Shown in pieces: positions 11,560-24,400 of a DNA stretch of 64,000 bases. The stretch lies in the NCBI GenBank assembly GCA_001179505.1, contig CDMY01000376.1:124001-188000 (forward strand). The letters run 5' to 3'. The stretch is from Vitrella brassicaformis CCMP3155. Lineage: Eukaryota > Protista > Chromerida. How positions within the stretch are numbered: position 1 is the first letter of the stretch; each line of letters begins with the position of its first letter. The notes below the pieces were generated by a model that did no database searches, had not been told where the DNA came from, and worked only from the letters and a program-made list of their open reading frames with translations. The position numbers and the translations under genes were made by a program.

Positions 11560-14213
11560 TGTGCGCGCTCTGTGTGTGTGCGTCTGTGTGTGTGATCTGC
11601 TTACCACGAAGCTGAGCAGTGATTTCTCGAGCTTGCCCAGCTGTGACGTCAGGTGGTAGCCCTCGGTCGGCCGCAGGGGTGACATCAGCTCGCTCGCCAC
11701 CGCCCTCTCGTGTGCGCGGGACAGAGACAGCCTCCCCCTCTCTCTCTCCCTCTCCCGCCCCGCCTGTAGGCCGATGCTCTGCGACATCTCCATCTCGACG
11801 GCCATGCCCACCGCACGATTCATGCTCTGACAGACGGCAGGCAGGCGTGCATGGGAGATGTCTGCGGGTCTGTGGGTGTGGAGGAATGTGTGTGCGTGGG
11901 CTTGTGCTTACGGCGTGCAGAGGCTGCAGGTATGGCGGCGGTGCGTTGTAGAGTTCGTTGCCGTGCCGACGGAGGTCAAAGTGACCAAAGGCACACCTGA
12001 CACACACACACACAGAGGGAGAGAGCGAGATGAATGGACAAGCATGTCCTCCCCATGTGTGTGTGTGTGTCGTCGTCCGTGCGTACCAGTCGCCGAGTGC
12101 CTGCGTTTCGTATTTGCAGGCCTTGATGAAATTGGTGATCTCGGGGGCACTCGCAGGCAGCCCTACACACAACACAAAGCAGCACCACACACCACAGCAG
12201 GAGTTTGAGCACCACCCATCCCATGTGTGTGCGTGTGTGTCGGCGTACAGATCATGAGGATGACAGGCGCCAGTATGACGCCCATGATCTCCTCGAGGAG
12301 GTATGCCAGGCGGTAGTTGTAGAAGTCGGCGCAGAAGCTGTCCCTCACGGACCGGTGCAGCTTGGCCAGACCCAGGTTGAACCCTCCACCACGGCCGACA
12401 CCATCTGCACACACATACAAACACACACCCAGCAAACAGACACACGGAGAGAGATACAGAAAGAGGTTCAGACGGACGCCGTCCGTGTGACGGACGCAGT
12501 TGCAGGTAGGTACCTACCAGTGGTGGGTCTCCAGGAGGGCGGGAGGTAGTGTGTGTGCTGCACCACCCGCATGGTGGCCAGGTAGGTGGACAGCAAGGAC
12601 GAGTCGGCACTGCTGTCGTCCTGGTGCGTGTGGCTCAAGGCGACCAGGAAACCAAACACCGCCAAGTACCACAGCAAATTCTTCTCAAACACCTGTGTGG
12701 ACAACACACATCACCGCACACACAGGCATCCAGCCATCCCTCCACACTCACTCTCTCTCTCTCTCTCTGCGCTGGGGTGGGATGATTGACCTTACCTTGA
12801 CGAAGAGCAGGGGCGTTTCGTCCCAGAGTGCGATGGCCACCAGCACGGCCAGGAAAGACCCCGCAATGTACTTGACGCACCGCTTCACGCTGTCCTGAGC
12901 CGGCGATTGCCTGAATCCATTCCATGACATGACACACACCGATGTCGTCACTCATGGAATGGTGGATGGGATGGGCGAATCACGTACCATCCCGAGTTGA
13001 CGTACTCCTCGGCTGCTTTCCTGGCCTTCTGCAGCCTCCGTTGGAACTGGTGTGGCAGCTCGTTGAGCTCCCTGAAGGTCCACTCGGCGTACGAGTTGAA
13101 CTCCCGCTTGAAAGGCATGCTCTTGTTGCTCCGGAAATCCTGCACACATGACATGAAGCCAGCCAAGACACAGACGCCCACAGATGGATGGCACACGTGT
13201 GTGTGTGTGTGTGTGTGGATGTGGGTGGCTCAGTGACCTCGGCGTGTCGTAGGAAGAAGTAGATGGTGACGAACAGCAGCACCGGGAACAGCAGGATCAA
13301 GTTCCACAAGGCCATCCAGCGGAACCGATACGACAACCTGACAGACAGACGCCCATGTGGTGTGTTGGTGTGTGAGTGTGTGTGTCTAATGGCGTGATGA
13401 TCTGCCTACCCTACCTGTCTGGGAAGTTGATGCATTCCGGCCGTATGCGGGATCTGCTGTCGAATATCCACTGGAACAAGCAAAACCGGACGTTCCACAG
13501 TAAAGACCTGGACACGACACAAACCCAACCATCACACGGTCCGGTCCCTCCTCTCTCCTCTCGCCCTGCCCTGCCCCCTCGGTCTGGTCTGTCTTATATA
13601 TTCTCACACACATACTTGGTGTACATGAGCCTGGCGGGTATGAATGGCGGCAGGTGTGCCGTCAGCAGGTGGTAGTTGGTCAAAGCAACCAGAAAGTTGT
13701 CCTCACGCAAGATGATGTTCGTGATCTCTGCATTGCCACACACACATGAAGCGGCACACAGGGATGGGAGGGAGGGAGGGACGGAGGGGGGGAGATGTAC
13801 CGAGGGCAGAGAGGTGTTCCTTGACGATGCAGAAGGGCGATATGTCCTGCTGCCGTATCAGCAAGGACAGCACCTCCGGCCAATCCAACGCATTCAGCGC
13901 CTCCTACACACACACAACCAACACACACACAGCATCACGCACACACATGATGAGAGATGACACTCCGGTGTGGTGTGTGTGAGGGGATGATTCCACGCAC
14001 GTCTGAGGGGATTTTGAGTCGATCCCGATAGTAGATTGAGATGTCGTGTGCCTCTTTGAGGTTGTGATAGGACCAGTAGCAGTTGAGGCACCAGAACAGC
14101 ATGAACAGCCCGAAACAACACAACGACAGCACCTTCAACACCGTCATGCTGCAAAGACACACACACACACACACACACAAACGAGTGTGGCGGCCTGTTT
14201 CCCTCTCTCTCTG

Positions 14214-14244
<31 letters not shown>

Positions 14245-14806
14245 GCGTGTGTGTGTGTGTGTGTTTATGATGCTTCCTTCTTACGTAGCGAAGGGTTGTT
14301 GTATGAAGATGGAGACTTCCCTGCAGGTCTCCTCCGAGTCGCACTTGAGCACCGCACCCCAGTTGACGTACACCAGCAGGAAGAACGAAAACACTATCGT
14401 GAACAGCAACGCACTGCAGTCAGGGAGGGAGGGCGATGATCGCACACACACGGAGAGAGAAGAGCGTGCATGTGGGTGCATTGGATCTCTGTGTGTGTGT
14501 GAGAGGCGTACACGAGGTGTGTGACGTGCGATGCGACGATCGAGGCGAACCCCTTCTCCTCGTAATACTTGTAAAACTGAACACACACACACACGCACAC
14601 ACACAATCAATGAACCATTCGACTAAGCTATTGTTGAGTTGTCATGTCATGTCATGTCATGTCATGTCATGAAGGGCTCAGCTCACAGTGGATAGGAATC
14701 TGTCGAGGTCCTGGACGGCATCCCACTGGCGGCTCTGCCGGGGCGGCTCCTCGTGCAGCTCCTCGTACAACCCACCACCATTGCCGACGCCACACAACGA
14801 ATGCAT
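10239..14806 (-). CDS. ATG9: Autophagy-related protein 9 (lipid scramblase)
   Basis: Many exons give the ATG9 hallmarks WDAVQDLDRFLST|FYKYYEEKGFASIV, EITNIILREDNFLVAL, SYRFRWMALWNLILLFPVLLFVTIYFFLRHAE, AEWTFRELNELPHQFQRRL, YRLAYLLEEIMGVILAPVILM, LGDWY|AFGHFDLRRHGN and GKLEKSLLSF, followed by a long low-complexity C-terminus. Confidence 0.92.
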
Positions 14807-15326
14807 CGATACAAACAGACAGACCGACGACGGCTGAGGGCTGACGGGGGGGTTGAGGTGAGGTGGGGTGTCGGGGGTCAGGCGCTACGACACACTCACA
14901 AACGACACACCGATAGTATGGACAGTCACTGCACACACACCAAAACAGCACAGCACGACGAGCGAACACAGGTGATTCCGGTGCGCTCAGAGGCGTCTGC
15001 TGCCCGCTGTGTGTGTCCCTTGTGATCACCGCTCATCCCCCTCTCCCTCTCACCTTCAGTGTGCCGTTCTGCGTCGTCAGCAGGAATTGGTGTTCGCGAA
15101 TCAGGGCTTGTTGAGCGCAGTTTTCACTCTCCTTGTGGTCCAGCTGTCAACTGCACGTGGACGAACGCCTTGTTGTGTCCATCTGACGCCATTCTTCGAC
15201 TTGGGTATCCGATCGCTCAGCTGTAAGCTCGCGCTGGGAGTTGTTGGCGCAGGGCTGCAGGGCTGCAGCGCGAGGACGGTGGTGTGGCGTAGCATCGATT
15301 TTTGAAGCTCTTGTGCGGTACTCGTG

Positions 15327-16300
15327 ATGCAGATCTTCGTCAAGACCCTCACGGTGAGAGGGCGGGGTGCAATGCCTGGTGGGGGGGCGGGGAGGGCTGC
15401 AAAGGGCGCGGGGGGACCTCTGCTGTGCTCTGCTGTGTGTGCAGGGCAAGACTATCACGTTGGATGTGGAGCCCTCCGACACCATCGAAAATGTCAGCTG
15501 TCTGTCTGTGTGTCTGTCTGTCTGACTGCACGGGCAGAAGGCAGGCGGGCATTGACTGGACAGGGCAGCGCTTGTGTGTGTGTGTGTGTGTGTGTGTGTT
15601 GCAGGTGAAGGCAAAGATTCAGGACAAGGAGGGCATCCCGCCCGACCAGCAGAGACTCATCTTCGCTGGTGGGTACAGACCCCACACACACATAGACACA
15701 CGAACACACACACAGAGATGCCCACGGCGCCCTCCCTCCCGTCTCATGCCTTGCTTGTTGTGTGCAGGCAAGCAGTTGGAGGACGGGCGCACGTTGTCTG
15801 ACTACAACATCCAGAAGGAGTCGACGCTCCACCTGGTGCTGCGCCTCCGGGGCGGTGACCTCGTCATGCGTGCCGCGCGACGGGTGCAGCGGGCATGGAG
15901 CGACTTCCACTACTTCGGGGAGCCCTGGACCGGGCTGCACTGGTATGGTAAGTCAAAGACCAACAAAACACAGGCACGGCACACACAGACACCTCCAGGT
16001 CTTTTGGTGGTGGGCAGACCTACACACCGACACATTGACACAGTGGCACCGACACGAATGGTCGTTTCGTTTTCGTTTGCATGTCATGTCATGTTATCAG
16101 GTGTGTACTGCGGGTCGAACATCTACGGCTGGTGGTGGATCCACAACAACTACAGCAAGGACTACGCTGAGACCACCTCCAAGCCCGTCCAGAAGCTCGA
16201 CGGCCGCTGGGCCGAACTCGCGGAAATCAAGAAGAAGGTCGACGAGCGGAACAACGTGGTCCCCGGACAGATCCTGCCCAGCGGCAAGATGAAGGCCTAA
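15327..16300 (+). CDS. Ubiquitin fused to an unrecognised ~96-aa C-terminal extension
   Basis: Exons 15327-15353, 15445-15492, 15605-15668, 15768-15947 and 16101-16300 give a canonical 76-aa ubiquitin ([76 protein letters not shown]). It continues directly into [52 protein letters not shown]...[11 protein letters not shown]. Confidence 0.92.
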
Positions 16301-16587
16301 CCAACAAACTAACTAACACCCAACCAGTGGTCAATAGGTAGGCAGGCCTGTCTTGACAGAGGGGCGGTACACGCGATGGGTGTCTGTTGGGTGTATGTGT
16401 GTGTGTGCAGGGGTGCTTGCTGGCGGGGGTGGGTAGGGTGAGTGGGGTGTGGCGGGTCGTGCGTGTGTTGTGTACGACGTGTTGCCGTAGTGGTGTGGGA
16501 GTGAGTGAGTCACACGGACTCATTCCTTCATTCATTCGTGAGAGCGGCTGCTTTGTATCCCTTCCCCCCCCCCCCCCCCCCCCCCCC

Positions 16588-16887
16588 NNNNNNNNNNNNN
16601 NNNNNNNNNNNNNNNNNNNNNNNNNNNNNNNNNNNNNNNNNNNNNNNNNNNNNNNNNNNNNNNNNNNNNNNNNNNNNNNNNNNNNNNNNNNNNNNNNNNN
16701 NNNNNNNNNNNNNNNNNNNNNNNNNNNNNNNNNNNNNNNNNNNNNNNNNNNNNNNNNNNNNNNNNNNNNNNNNNNNNNNNNNNNNNNNNNNNNNNNNNNN
16801 NNNNNNNNNNNNNNNNNNNNNNNNNNNNNNNNNNNNNNNNNNNNNNNNNNNNNNNNNNNNNNNNNNNNNNNNNNNNNNNNNNNNNNN
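16588..16887. other. Assembly gap (300 N)
   Basis: Run of N preceded by a long C homopolymer. Confidence 0.99.
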
Positions 16888-17081
16888 CCCTCCCTCCCCC
16901 GCCAAGTGTCTGGCTCGTCCGTCTGTCTGTCTGGTTCGTGTGTACTATATGACGACGTGAATGTGTGGCTGCGGGACGGCTGGCGGGCTGGCTGCTGAGT
17001 GAGTGAAGTTTCCCGGCTGTCGAACCCTGGCTGCCTGCCTACCGGCCTCCTTTTTTCACCCAAGTGTCTCTGTCGTGGTGG

Positions 17082-17200
17082 ATGAATGCCGTGTCCGGTT
17101 CAGTGCAGTCGGGTTCGGTGACCTCGACACCGTGGTGTCGTGCCGCACCATGGTGTCGAGGTCACCTGTCGCGGCCGCACTGAATCGATGGAGCATTCAT
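17082..17200 (+). other. Long imperfect inverted repeat / stem-loop in non-coding DNA
   Basis: 17117-17138 pairs with 17145-17166 (20 Watson-Crick plus 2 G-U pairs, 6-nt loop). Outer helices TTCAGTGC/GCACTGAA (17099-17106/17177-17184) and ATGAATGC/GCATTCAT (17082-17089/17193-17200). Confidence 0.8.
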
Positions 17201-17666
17201 GGTGCGAACGAGTACGTTACGGACCGGTCGACAAGTGTGGATGGGATAAGGTGACGGTAAAGGATCTCTCACGACAAACTGGGGGCGAATTACGCAGTTC
17301 TGGCGATAAGTCATGATGATAAATTAGCCAAGGGGCAAGTAGGTAGGTTTGCGGCTGTCAGTCACCACACACGTACTCACGAACACACACATGCACTCAC
17401 TTACGATACCTCACTGTCGGTCCACGGCAGGCAGGCAGCCATGAGAAAGGAGGCACCATCGCAGCGTCAAAAAGGAGCTGCGGGCCTCAGCAATATGCAT
17501 ACGCACTCGCTGACACACACACTCATAAGAACTAAAGACCCACACACACACAGCCACCATATGCAATCAACTCAGTCAATCAGTCGGCAACAGCGCTGTA
17601 CACGTGCCTCAGCGCCCGCCCCACCCAACAGCATCACGACGATAACACAACCCCACCCCCCCGCCC

Positions 17667-17966
17667 NNNNNNNNNNNNNNNNNNNNNNNNNNNNNNNNNN
17701 NNNNNNNNNNNNNNNNNNNNNNNNNNNNNNNNNNNNNNNNNNNNNNNNNNNNNNNNNNNNNNNNNNNNNNNNNNNNNNNNNNNNNNNNNNNNNNNNNNNN
17801 NNNNNNNNNNNNNNNNNNNNNNNNNNNNNNNNNNNNNNNNNNNNNNNNNNNNNNNNNNNNNNNNNNNNNNNNNNNNNNNNNNNNNNNNNNNNNNNNNNNN
17901 NNNNNNNNNNNNNNNNNNNNNNNNNNNNNNNNNNNNNNNNNNNNNNNNNNNNNNNNNNNNNNNNNN
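17667..17966. other. Assembly gap (300 N)
   Basis: Run of N flanked by C-rich sequence. Confidence 0.99.
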
Positions 17967-18680
17967 CCCACCCCCCCGCCCATCACAGCGACACGACTAA
18001 CGACACCACGACACGAGGGGACATCTCTCTGGTTTCGCCCGGCTGTGGGCGAAGCGACACACATCACGCACGACAGGCGAATACGGAAACGAGTCATTCG
18101 TTCGCTCATCTCTCTACGAGTACGTTACGTGCGTCACACTGGACTGTCTACGATCTGCATGCAAGCATCTGTCTGTCTGTCTGTCTGTACACCACATGAT
18201 ATCACATACGCATAGCGATAAACCCCTCCCCTCTTCTCCCACACATACGACCCCGCCCCGCCCCACCATTGGCCACTGTGATCCGGTGCGACTGACAGAT
18301 TAGATGGATGCCTTCGCATCGCACCACCGACATGCGCACCAGCCATCGACACACGCAACCACACACAAGCACGACACCGGCTCAAAACACACGCACTCGT
18401 GTGCGTGTTCTTTCTCGTCTCGCTGCTTCGCTGACTTTCAAAACACGCCTGCCTTCCAACGACTGCTGAATGGATGGATGGACGGCAAGGCGATCAAAAC
18501 AACACCACCACATGTAGGTCTGCCACAGAGTGTGGCAGCATTCACTCACTCACACGCAATGCGACACGGGCGATTGGCGAATGCAAGAAGAGACCGCAAG
18601 AAGAGACCGAACAGAAAGGGCCAAAAACAAAAAAAAAACCACGACGAGCGACAGACATGGACACACCGCCCTCTCGCCCC

Positions 18681-19224
18681 TCAGATCTTGTCCTCGGGTG
18701 AGGGGACGTCTGATGGCGTTGTGGAGTTGTTCTTGGACTGGTCGGCGACCTTAGTGCTGCTGTTGCTCTGGGTGAACTTAATGTGGGGATTCACTGCGCC
18801 GGGCTTGGCCTTGCAGAACATGCCGCCGAAGTGGGGCCAGTACTGCAGAAATGGACACGAGACAGAAAAGGCGTCAACATGACAACAAGTGAGACACGAA
18901 TGGCGCGTTCGTTGCGTGTGGATGTACCATGAAAGGCACAGTGAGTGCCATGGCGATGACGCACAGGCCGTGGATCTGGAAAGGGACGTTCGCGTCGACG
19001 TCCTTCATGTACTTGTAGATGAAACCTGTCAGCACCGCGCCCAGGTTGCCACCCTGGAGGAACAATCAACATGTGCAGACATTCAGCTACGAGAGGTGTG
19101 ACTGACGCAGCTTCCGAGTCTTCTCCTGCCTTACCGCGCCGACGAGCGCCGAGACGATGCCAAGGTGCTGGGGCATCATGAAGGGCACAATGCCGTAGCT
19201 AGTGCCCTCAGACGCCTGCACACA

Positions 19225-19259
<35 letters not shown>

Positions 19260-21064
19260 CCCGTACGTGTGCATCTGGAATGGCTGTCGGTGAGCTCCCT
19301 CCCTCACCTGGACGAATAGAGAGAAGATGACGAGGCATGCCATGGCGGCTCCGAACATGGAGCTGCCCTGCAGGCCGAAGGCGACGAGCATGATGCCCTC
19401 GAACAGCAGGCATATGAAGTGAATCCAGAAGCGGCCACGCATCCCGTACTTCTTGAAACAGAAGTCAGACGCAAGCCCGCCCTGCACACCAACGCAAGAC
19501 ACGGCAACACATGACGGCGCGTTCATTACTGCGCTGCGTCAGTGGGGCCACTGACCAGTGATCTGGCGAAGAGGTTCATGAAGCCGAAGGCGCCGGCAGC
19601 GAGACCGGCGAGCTCGATGGGGAGTCCGAAGAAGTCGAAGAAGTAGAGCGCCAGCTGGTTGTTCATCTGCAGCTCAGTCCCGAAGCAAGCCGCATACTGG
19701 AACACCATCAACACGACACGATAATCCCTCAGAGCCCTGCAACAACGAGAACACACACAGACCAACGACGCAGGCAGGAGAGAATGAATTTAAAGCTACG
19801 TCCCTCTCTCCACCCACATCCCTCCCTGCCCCCCTCCCTCCCTCCGTCCTGCCCCTTGGCCACTCACTCGACGTAGTCCCAGAGAGATGTCTTGGCCTTG
19901 CCGAGCATGGATGCGTGGAACTTGCCGTGGGGGGTGTCTTGCGAGAAGAACCACACGCACAGCGAAACGATGATGAAGATGACGCCTGGCACGAGCAGCG
20001 ACACCCTCCACGCCATGTCGCGCGACAAGACAGCCGTGAAGCCCGAAAAGATACCCGCCATCAAGAACTGGGTCACACCACCGCCCAGATTGCCCCATCC
20101 GGCAGCTGCATTCACACAGGACGAAACACACAGACAACAAAAGAGTGAGGTGAGCATGTTCTTGTGTGTCTGTGTGTCCGTCCGTCCGTCCGTCTGCCTG
20201 CCTGCCTGCCTGTCTGCGTCAAGTACCTGTGGCGTTGGCAGTTCCGACGACATTTGGGGCGAACATGAGGGAGCACCAGAACTGGTTGGTCACGAAGGTG
20301 GCTCCAGCACCGCCGATGAAGAAGCGTACGGCGATGAGGCCGGCGCCGTTGTAGATGAAGGCCGCGCACAGTACGGGGATGGCAAAAATGGCCATGTACG
20401 CCGACTGCACGACACGCGGGCCGAACTTCTCGAGTAGGAAGCCGGATGCCACCCGCACACCAATCGTCGATGCAACAGAACTGATGGACGACAACAGGGG
20501 AGACAGACAACCAGACAACAGACATAAGATGTGCATGGCGCCGATGCTTGTATGGGTGCGGTGCTGCCACAACTCACCAGATGTTTGCGTTCTGGATGAC
20601 GTCCTTGCACTTGGGGCCGCACAGAACGCACTCCCGGAATCCGGTTTCATCTGGCGGGCCATATTCGTCACAGATACCGATGGATTCTCGCACGGCCGGC
20701 ATGAGAGGCGCGAATGCAAACCTGAGACAGCCAACACGAGACAGACAGACACACACAAGCAATCACATGCGCACACGTCTCCCTCGAGCAGTGTCTGGTG
20801 GGCGCACCATCCGACGAAGGCGAAGAAGAACGAGATGACCGAGAACCAGAATGCACGGGCATGCGGATTGGTCTTCTTGCTCCTCCCAAAGTTCCTGCGA
20901 GACACATACACATCCACACAAGACCATCAAGACAGATCTGCAGAGATCAGGCTGCATCTCCTTCCCTGCGTTGCTCACCAGATGCGCAGGACGGTGGCCT
21001 TGTCGTTCTCATCGACGGGCCACTCGAACTGGGGCTTGCTCTCCTGGATAGCAGGGGTGGTCAT
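18681..21064 (-). CDS. NRT2: High-affinity nitrate/nitrite transporter (NRT2/NNP family, MFS)
   Basis: Exons give NPHARAFWFSVISFFFAFVGWFAFAPL, LEKFGPR, RFFIGGAGATFVTNQFWCSLMFAPNVVGTANA|AAGWGNLGGG (nitrate signature), QYAACFGTELQMNN, FGFMNLFARSLGG, ASEGTSYGIVPF, GIVSALVGAGGNLGA and YWPHFGGMF. Confidence 0.95.
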
Positions 21065-21299
21065 CGTGGCAACGGAAGACGGGAGGCTGAAGGACTGGAC
21101 GATGGATCAAAAGCTGTCAAAAGGTGGCAAGACGGTTGGGTGTGCCAGAACTGTGAGGAATGCAACGCTGGCGATGTGGCAGCGGAGTAGAACAAGTATG
21201 AACGCTAAGTCTGTGGCCAAAAAGCGCCAAAAAGATTCAGCTTATCAGCCCGCTTATTTTCAGCCCAACTTAGGGTGTCCTGAAACCTGGTCAGCTGAG

Positions 21300-21317
21300 C
21301 CCTAAACCCTAAACCCT
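21300..21317. repeat. Interstitial telomere-type repeat (CCCTAAA)x2.5 (telo-box-like)
   Basis: CCCTAAACCCTAAACCCT lies in the intergenic spacer between NRT2 and the next gene. Confidence 0.6.
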
Positions 21318-21434
21318 GGACCCCTCTGCCTTTCCCAGCACACTCTCAACTGATCCCGTCGGAAGGAGCCCCATCGGCAACTCACGCAGCCGCTACTGAG
21401 CCACTTCATTCTATGCATAACTAACGCCCTCGAT

Positions 21435-24400
21435 ATGCGGCAGCGCAGCATGATGGCAGCTCCACTCATCATCGGGGCCCTTCTCCTCTCCCTTTGCCGC
21501 CCTGCTTCATCCGTCGTCACGTCAGTTAATGTGGCTCCTGACGTGGCCGTGCTTCATCCTCTACGTCCATCCGTCCATCCAGTGAGTCTCACATTCACCG
21601 TGACGGACCCCCCAGCGCCTCCCCCGGGACCCCCCCCGGCGCCTCCATACACTGGGATCGTCTCATTTGTTGCAGGAGGTGAGTGAGACGGATGGGGGAC
21701 ACAATCAATCGCCACGCACAACTCACCCTCATCCGTGTGTTGAATTCATTCGTCTCATGCAGGCACCGTTGGCTCGCCGGCTGAGTGCGAGTCTGGGCTT
21801 CGGGCTGCGCTGGATGATACTTTGACGGCTTCATTTCATTTCTCGGAGGTAGGAATGTATGGCCTTTGTTATCGCACGAATGCATCGGAGCCCTTGACGT
21901 GGTTCACCGAGAACAACAAATTCCGAGTGGTCAACGCCCCCTCGGCCATGGATATTGACTGGATTCTCGGTGGGGAAACAACTACCATCCAATTCACCAT
22001 CCCGAGTACGTGAGTCAACAGAAGACAGGAGGAGGCCAATGGTGACATACCACTCTTGCGCTTGCTCGGTGTCTCTCGTTTGTGTGTGCATGCAGACTAT
22101 GAAGCTCCGCAACCAGGAGGAGTTGACCAAGTCAGCTTTAGCCAGATTGGCGAAGACTGCAACGCGCATCTAGGCCGAGACGACCTGACGGGGGCCGGTG
22201 ACAATTTCAATGTGCCCGTCGGTGCAACCGACCGAGCTGACCATCCGGGCCGGTACTATGCTTGCTTCCACGCTGAGGAAACAACGGCAGGAGCTGGAGT
22301 TGTCACAGTCCCGCTTGACTATCTCGGTCTGACAGTTGCTGGCGTGACTGCCGTGAGGCCGGCAGTGGTCATGGATGGGGTGCCAACCAGAATCACTCTC
22401 GAGGGGGTGGGGCTAGATGAGAACACGGAGATCTCTATCGAGGATGATGGGGCATGTCCTGCATCGGGGGCGGGAGCAAACACAACTCCTCTCAAGCGAG
22501 AGGATGTAAGGGCGGTATATAGTGCGACGCTCACGCGAGGGACGAACGCGGAAAAAAATGTCTGCATCAAGGTAAGGCGCATCCAATCAGCCCTCGGCAC
22601 GCAGGAAGATCCACATTCACTGCAGGCCCTCTCCACCGTCTTTCTGTGTCTCCGTCTGTGTGCAGTCGCCGAGCTCTGGCGACTACTTTCGCGTCCCTCC
22701 CGCTGGCCCGCCACACATCACTGTCCGCAGCCTTGTCGACATTGGCCCTAAGGAGGTGCTCGACGGCCAAACGCAGATATTTGAAGTATTGACTCCTGAC
22801 GTCACCACCCTTCAACCAGGCGACGCAGTAGCTTTCGTCAAGGACTACAGTGTCGTCGGCGACTGCTCGGAGCCCTGGGTCAAGTACTATCGCCTGGATA
22901 CAAGCCTGCAGACGGGAGCCATCGATCTGTCGGCCATGAACGGCACTGGGACGTATGGAGTGTGCTACAGGACGCAGGTGGGGGGATCGGCTGTGGGTTA
23001 CAGCGGCAGCGTAAACGATGTGACGGTCACAGAGACGACAGTGCCGCCCTCCATAGTTGGGACAGCCGAGCAAGGCAATGCGGCCACAGTCGAGTTCCCA
23101 GACCTCTCACTGGTTGAGACATGCACGAACACGGCGAGGCACATACATGTCATTTATCACACTTCCCTCTTTTTCAGTATACTCGCGTTGGGATCGTGCC
23201 CCCGGCGACTACCTCCTTCGCCGACCCGTGCCCGACCATCACGACATACGTCAATCTGGACAACTTACTTGGGACGCTGGGCACCCCGTGCGCCCCCAAC
23301 TGCCGGGAGAGATTCACAATGCGGTGGGCTGGCGAGGGGTTCCGGTTCTGCGCGTTCACCGATCCCGGCACCGCCCCTGCCCCTGCCGCCCCTGATGCAT
23401 CAAAGGCGTCTCTTCTTTTCGGCAACATCACTGTGGATGGACTCGAAAGCATCAGCCCCACGCTCATTGATCCAGGGACTGACACTCTCAGTGTCACCGC
23501 TACTGGGTCGACCCAAATCCGAATCACCAACCATACGGACTGTACCGACGGTCCACCGCCACCCGCAGATACACCTGTCGACGATGAGACAGCCTTTCCA
23601 ATATCGACGACTTCACTTGTCGATTCGTTTTATCGCGTGTGTGCACGCATCACAGGGGGCACTTATCAAGATACTGGCATAAGAATACTGACCTACGCAG
23701 CGCTGCCGACTGGCCTCACCTCCATCCCCACCAACTACATGATGGGAGTGGCGAGTGATCCAAGCGATCCTCCCCCTTCCCCTTCCCCTGCCCCTGCCCC
23801 TGTGACTCTCGGCAGCGTCTACAGACAACAGATGGACGGTGCCAATTATTACGTGATTGCTCCATCTCACCTGGTTCGTTGGTCACGAGAATTTTCTTTT
23901 GTCTCTCCCTGGTATCGTCATGGCTGCCTATTTATCGCATGCAGAAGGAGCGGTTTATTGCTGTCCGGAGAAATGGCGGTAACAGCGATTGGTGGGAGCT
24001 CTCAATCTTGAAGCCTCAGTCGTGGCCAGTGTACGTTGGCGGCACTGCTGTGACGAATCCCAGCCAGGTTGGAGACGGAGCAGGTTTCGGCAGGACCCAT
24101 ACTTCTGTCGCGGTTGGTCATTCGTTGGTCTACTCATTTGTCAATGCAGGAGGGGCTGGTCAAAGACCAACTTGCGGAGCCTCGTTTTCGTGGTGGGTCC
24201 TTCCCAGCGGTCCTCGACGACTCATACTATCGCGGCCCAACGAGCGGCTGTGGCGGCCTCGCTACGATGTGAGACAGAACAAAGGAATGCTGCACGTGCA
24301 CCGTCTCTCTGTCTCTCGCTTTGCAGGATATGTAAAATCCGTCATCTTCACATGTCGGTCGACGGCATTTTGTATGCACTCGACGAGCATCGCGCGCTGC

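Noticed and set aside
10544-12610. 688-aa ORF on the - strand
   Set aside because: It reads through ATG9 introns (HTHTH and VCVC runs from microsatellites) and partly off frame, so it is not a real protein.
14806-15327. ATG9 next to a ubiquitin gene as an autophagy/proteostasis cluster
   Set aside because: Head-to-head pairing applies to nearly every gene here, so adjacency alone implies no functional link.
17313-17319. ATGATGA, a possible snoRNA box C
   Set aside because: No box D (CTGA) or terminal stem at a suitable distance downstream.
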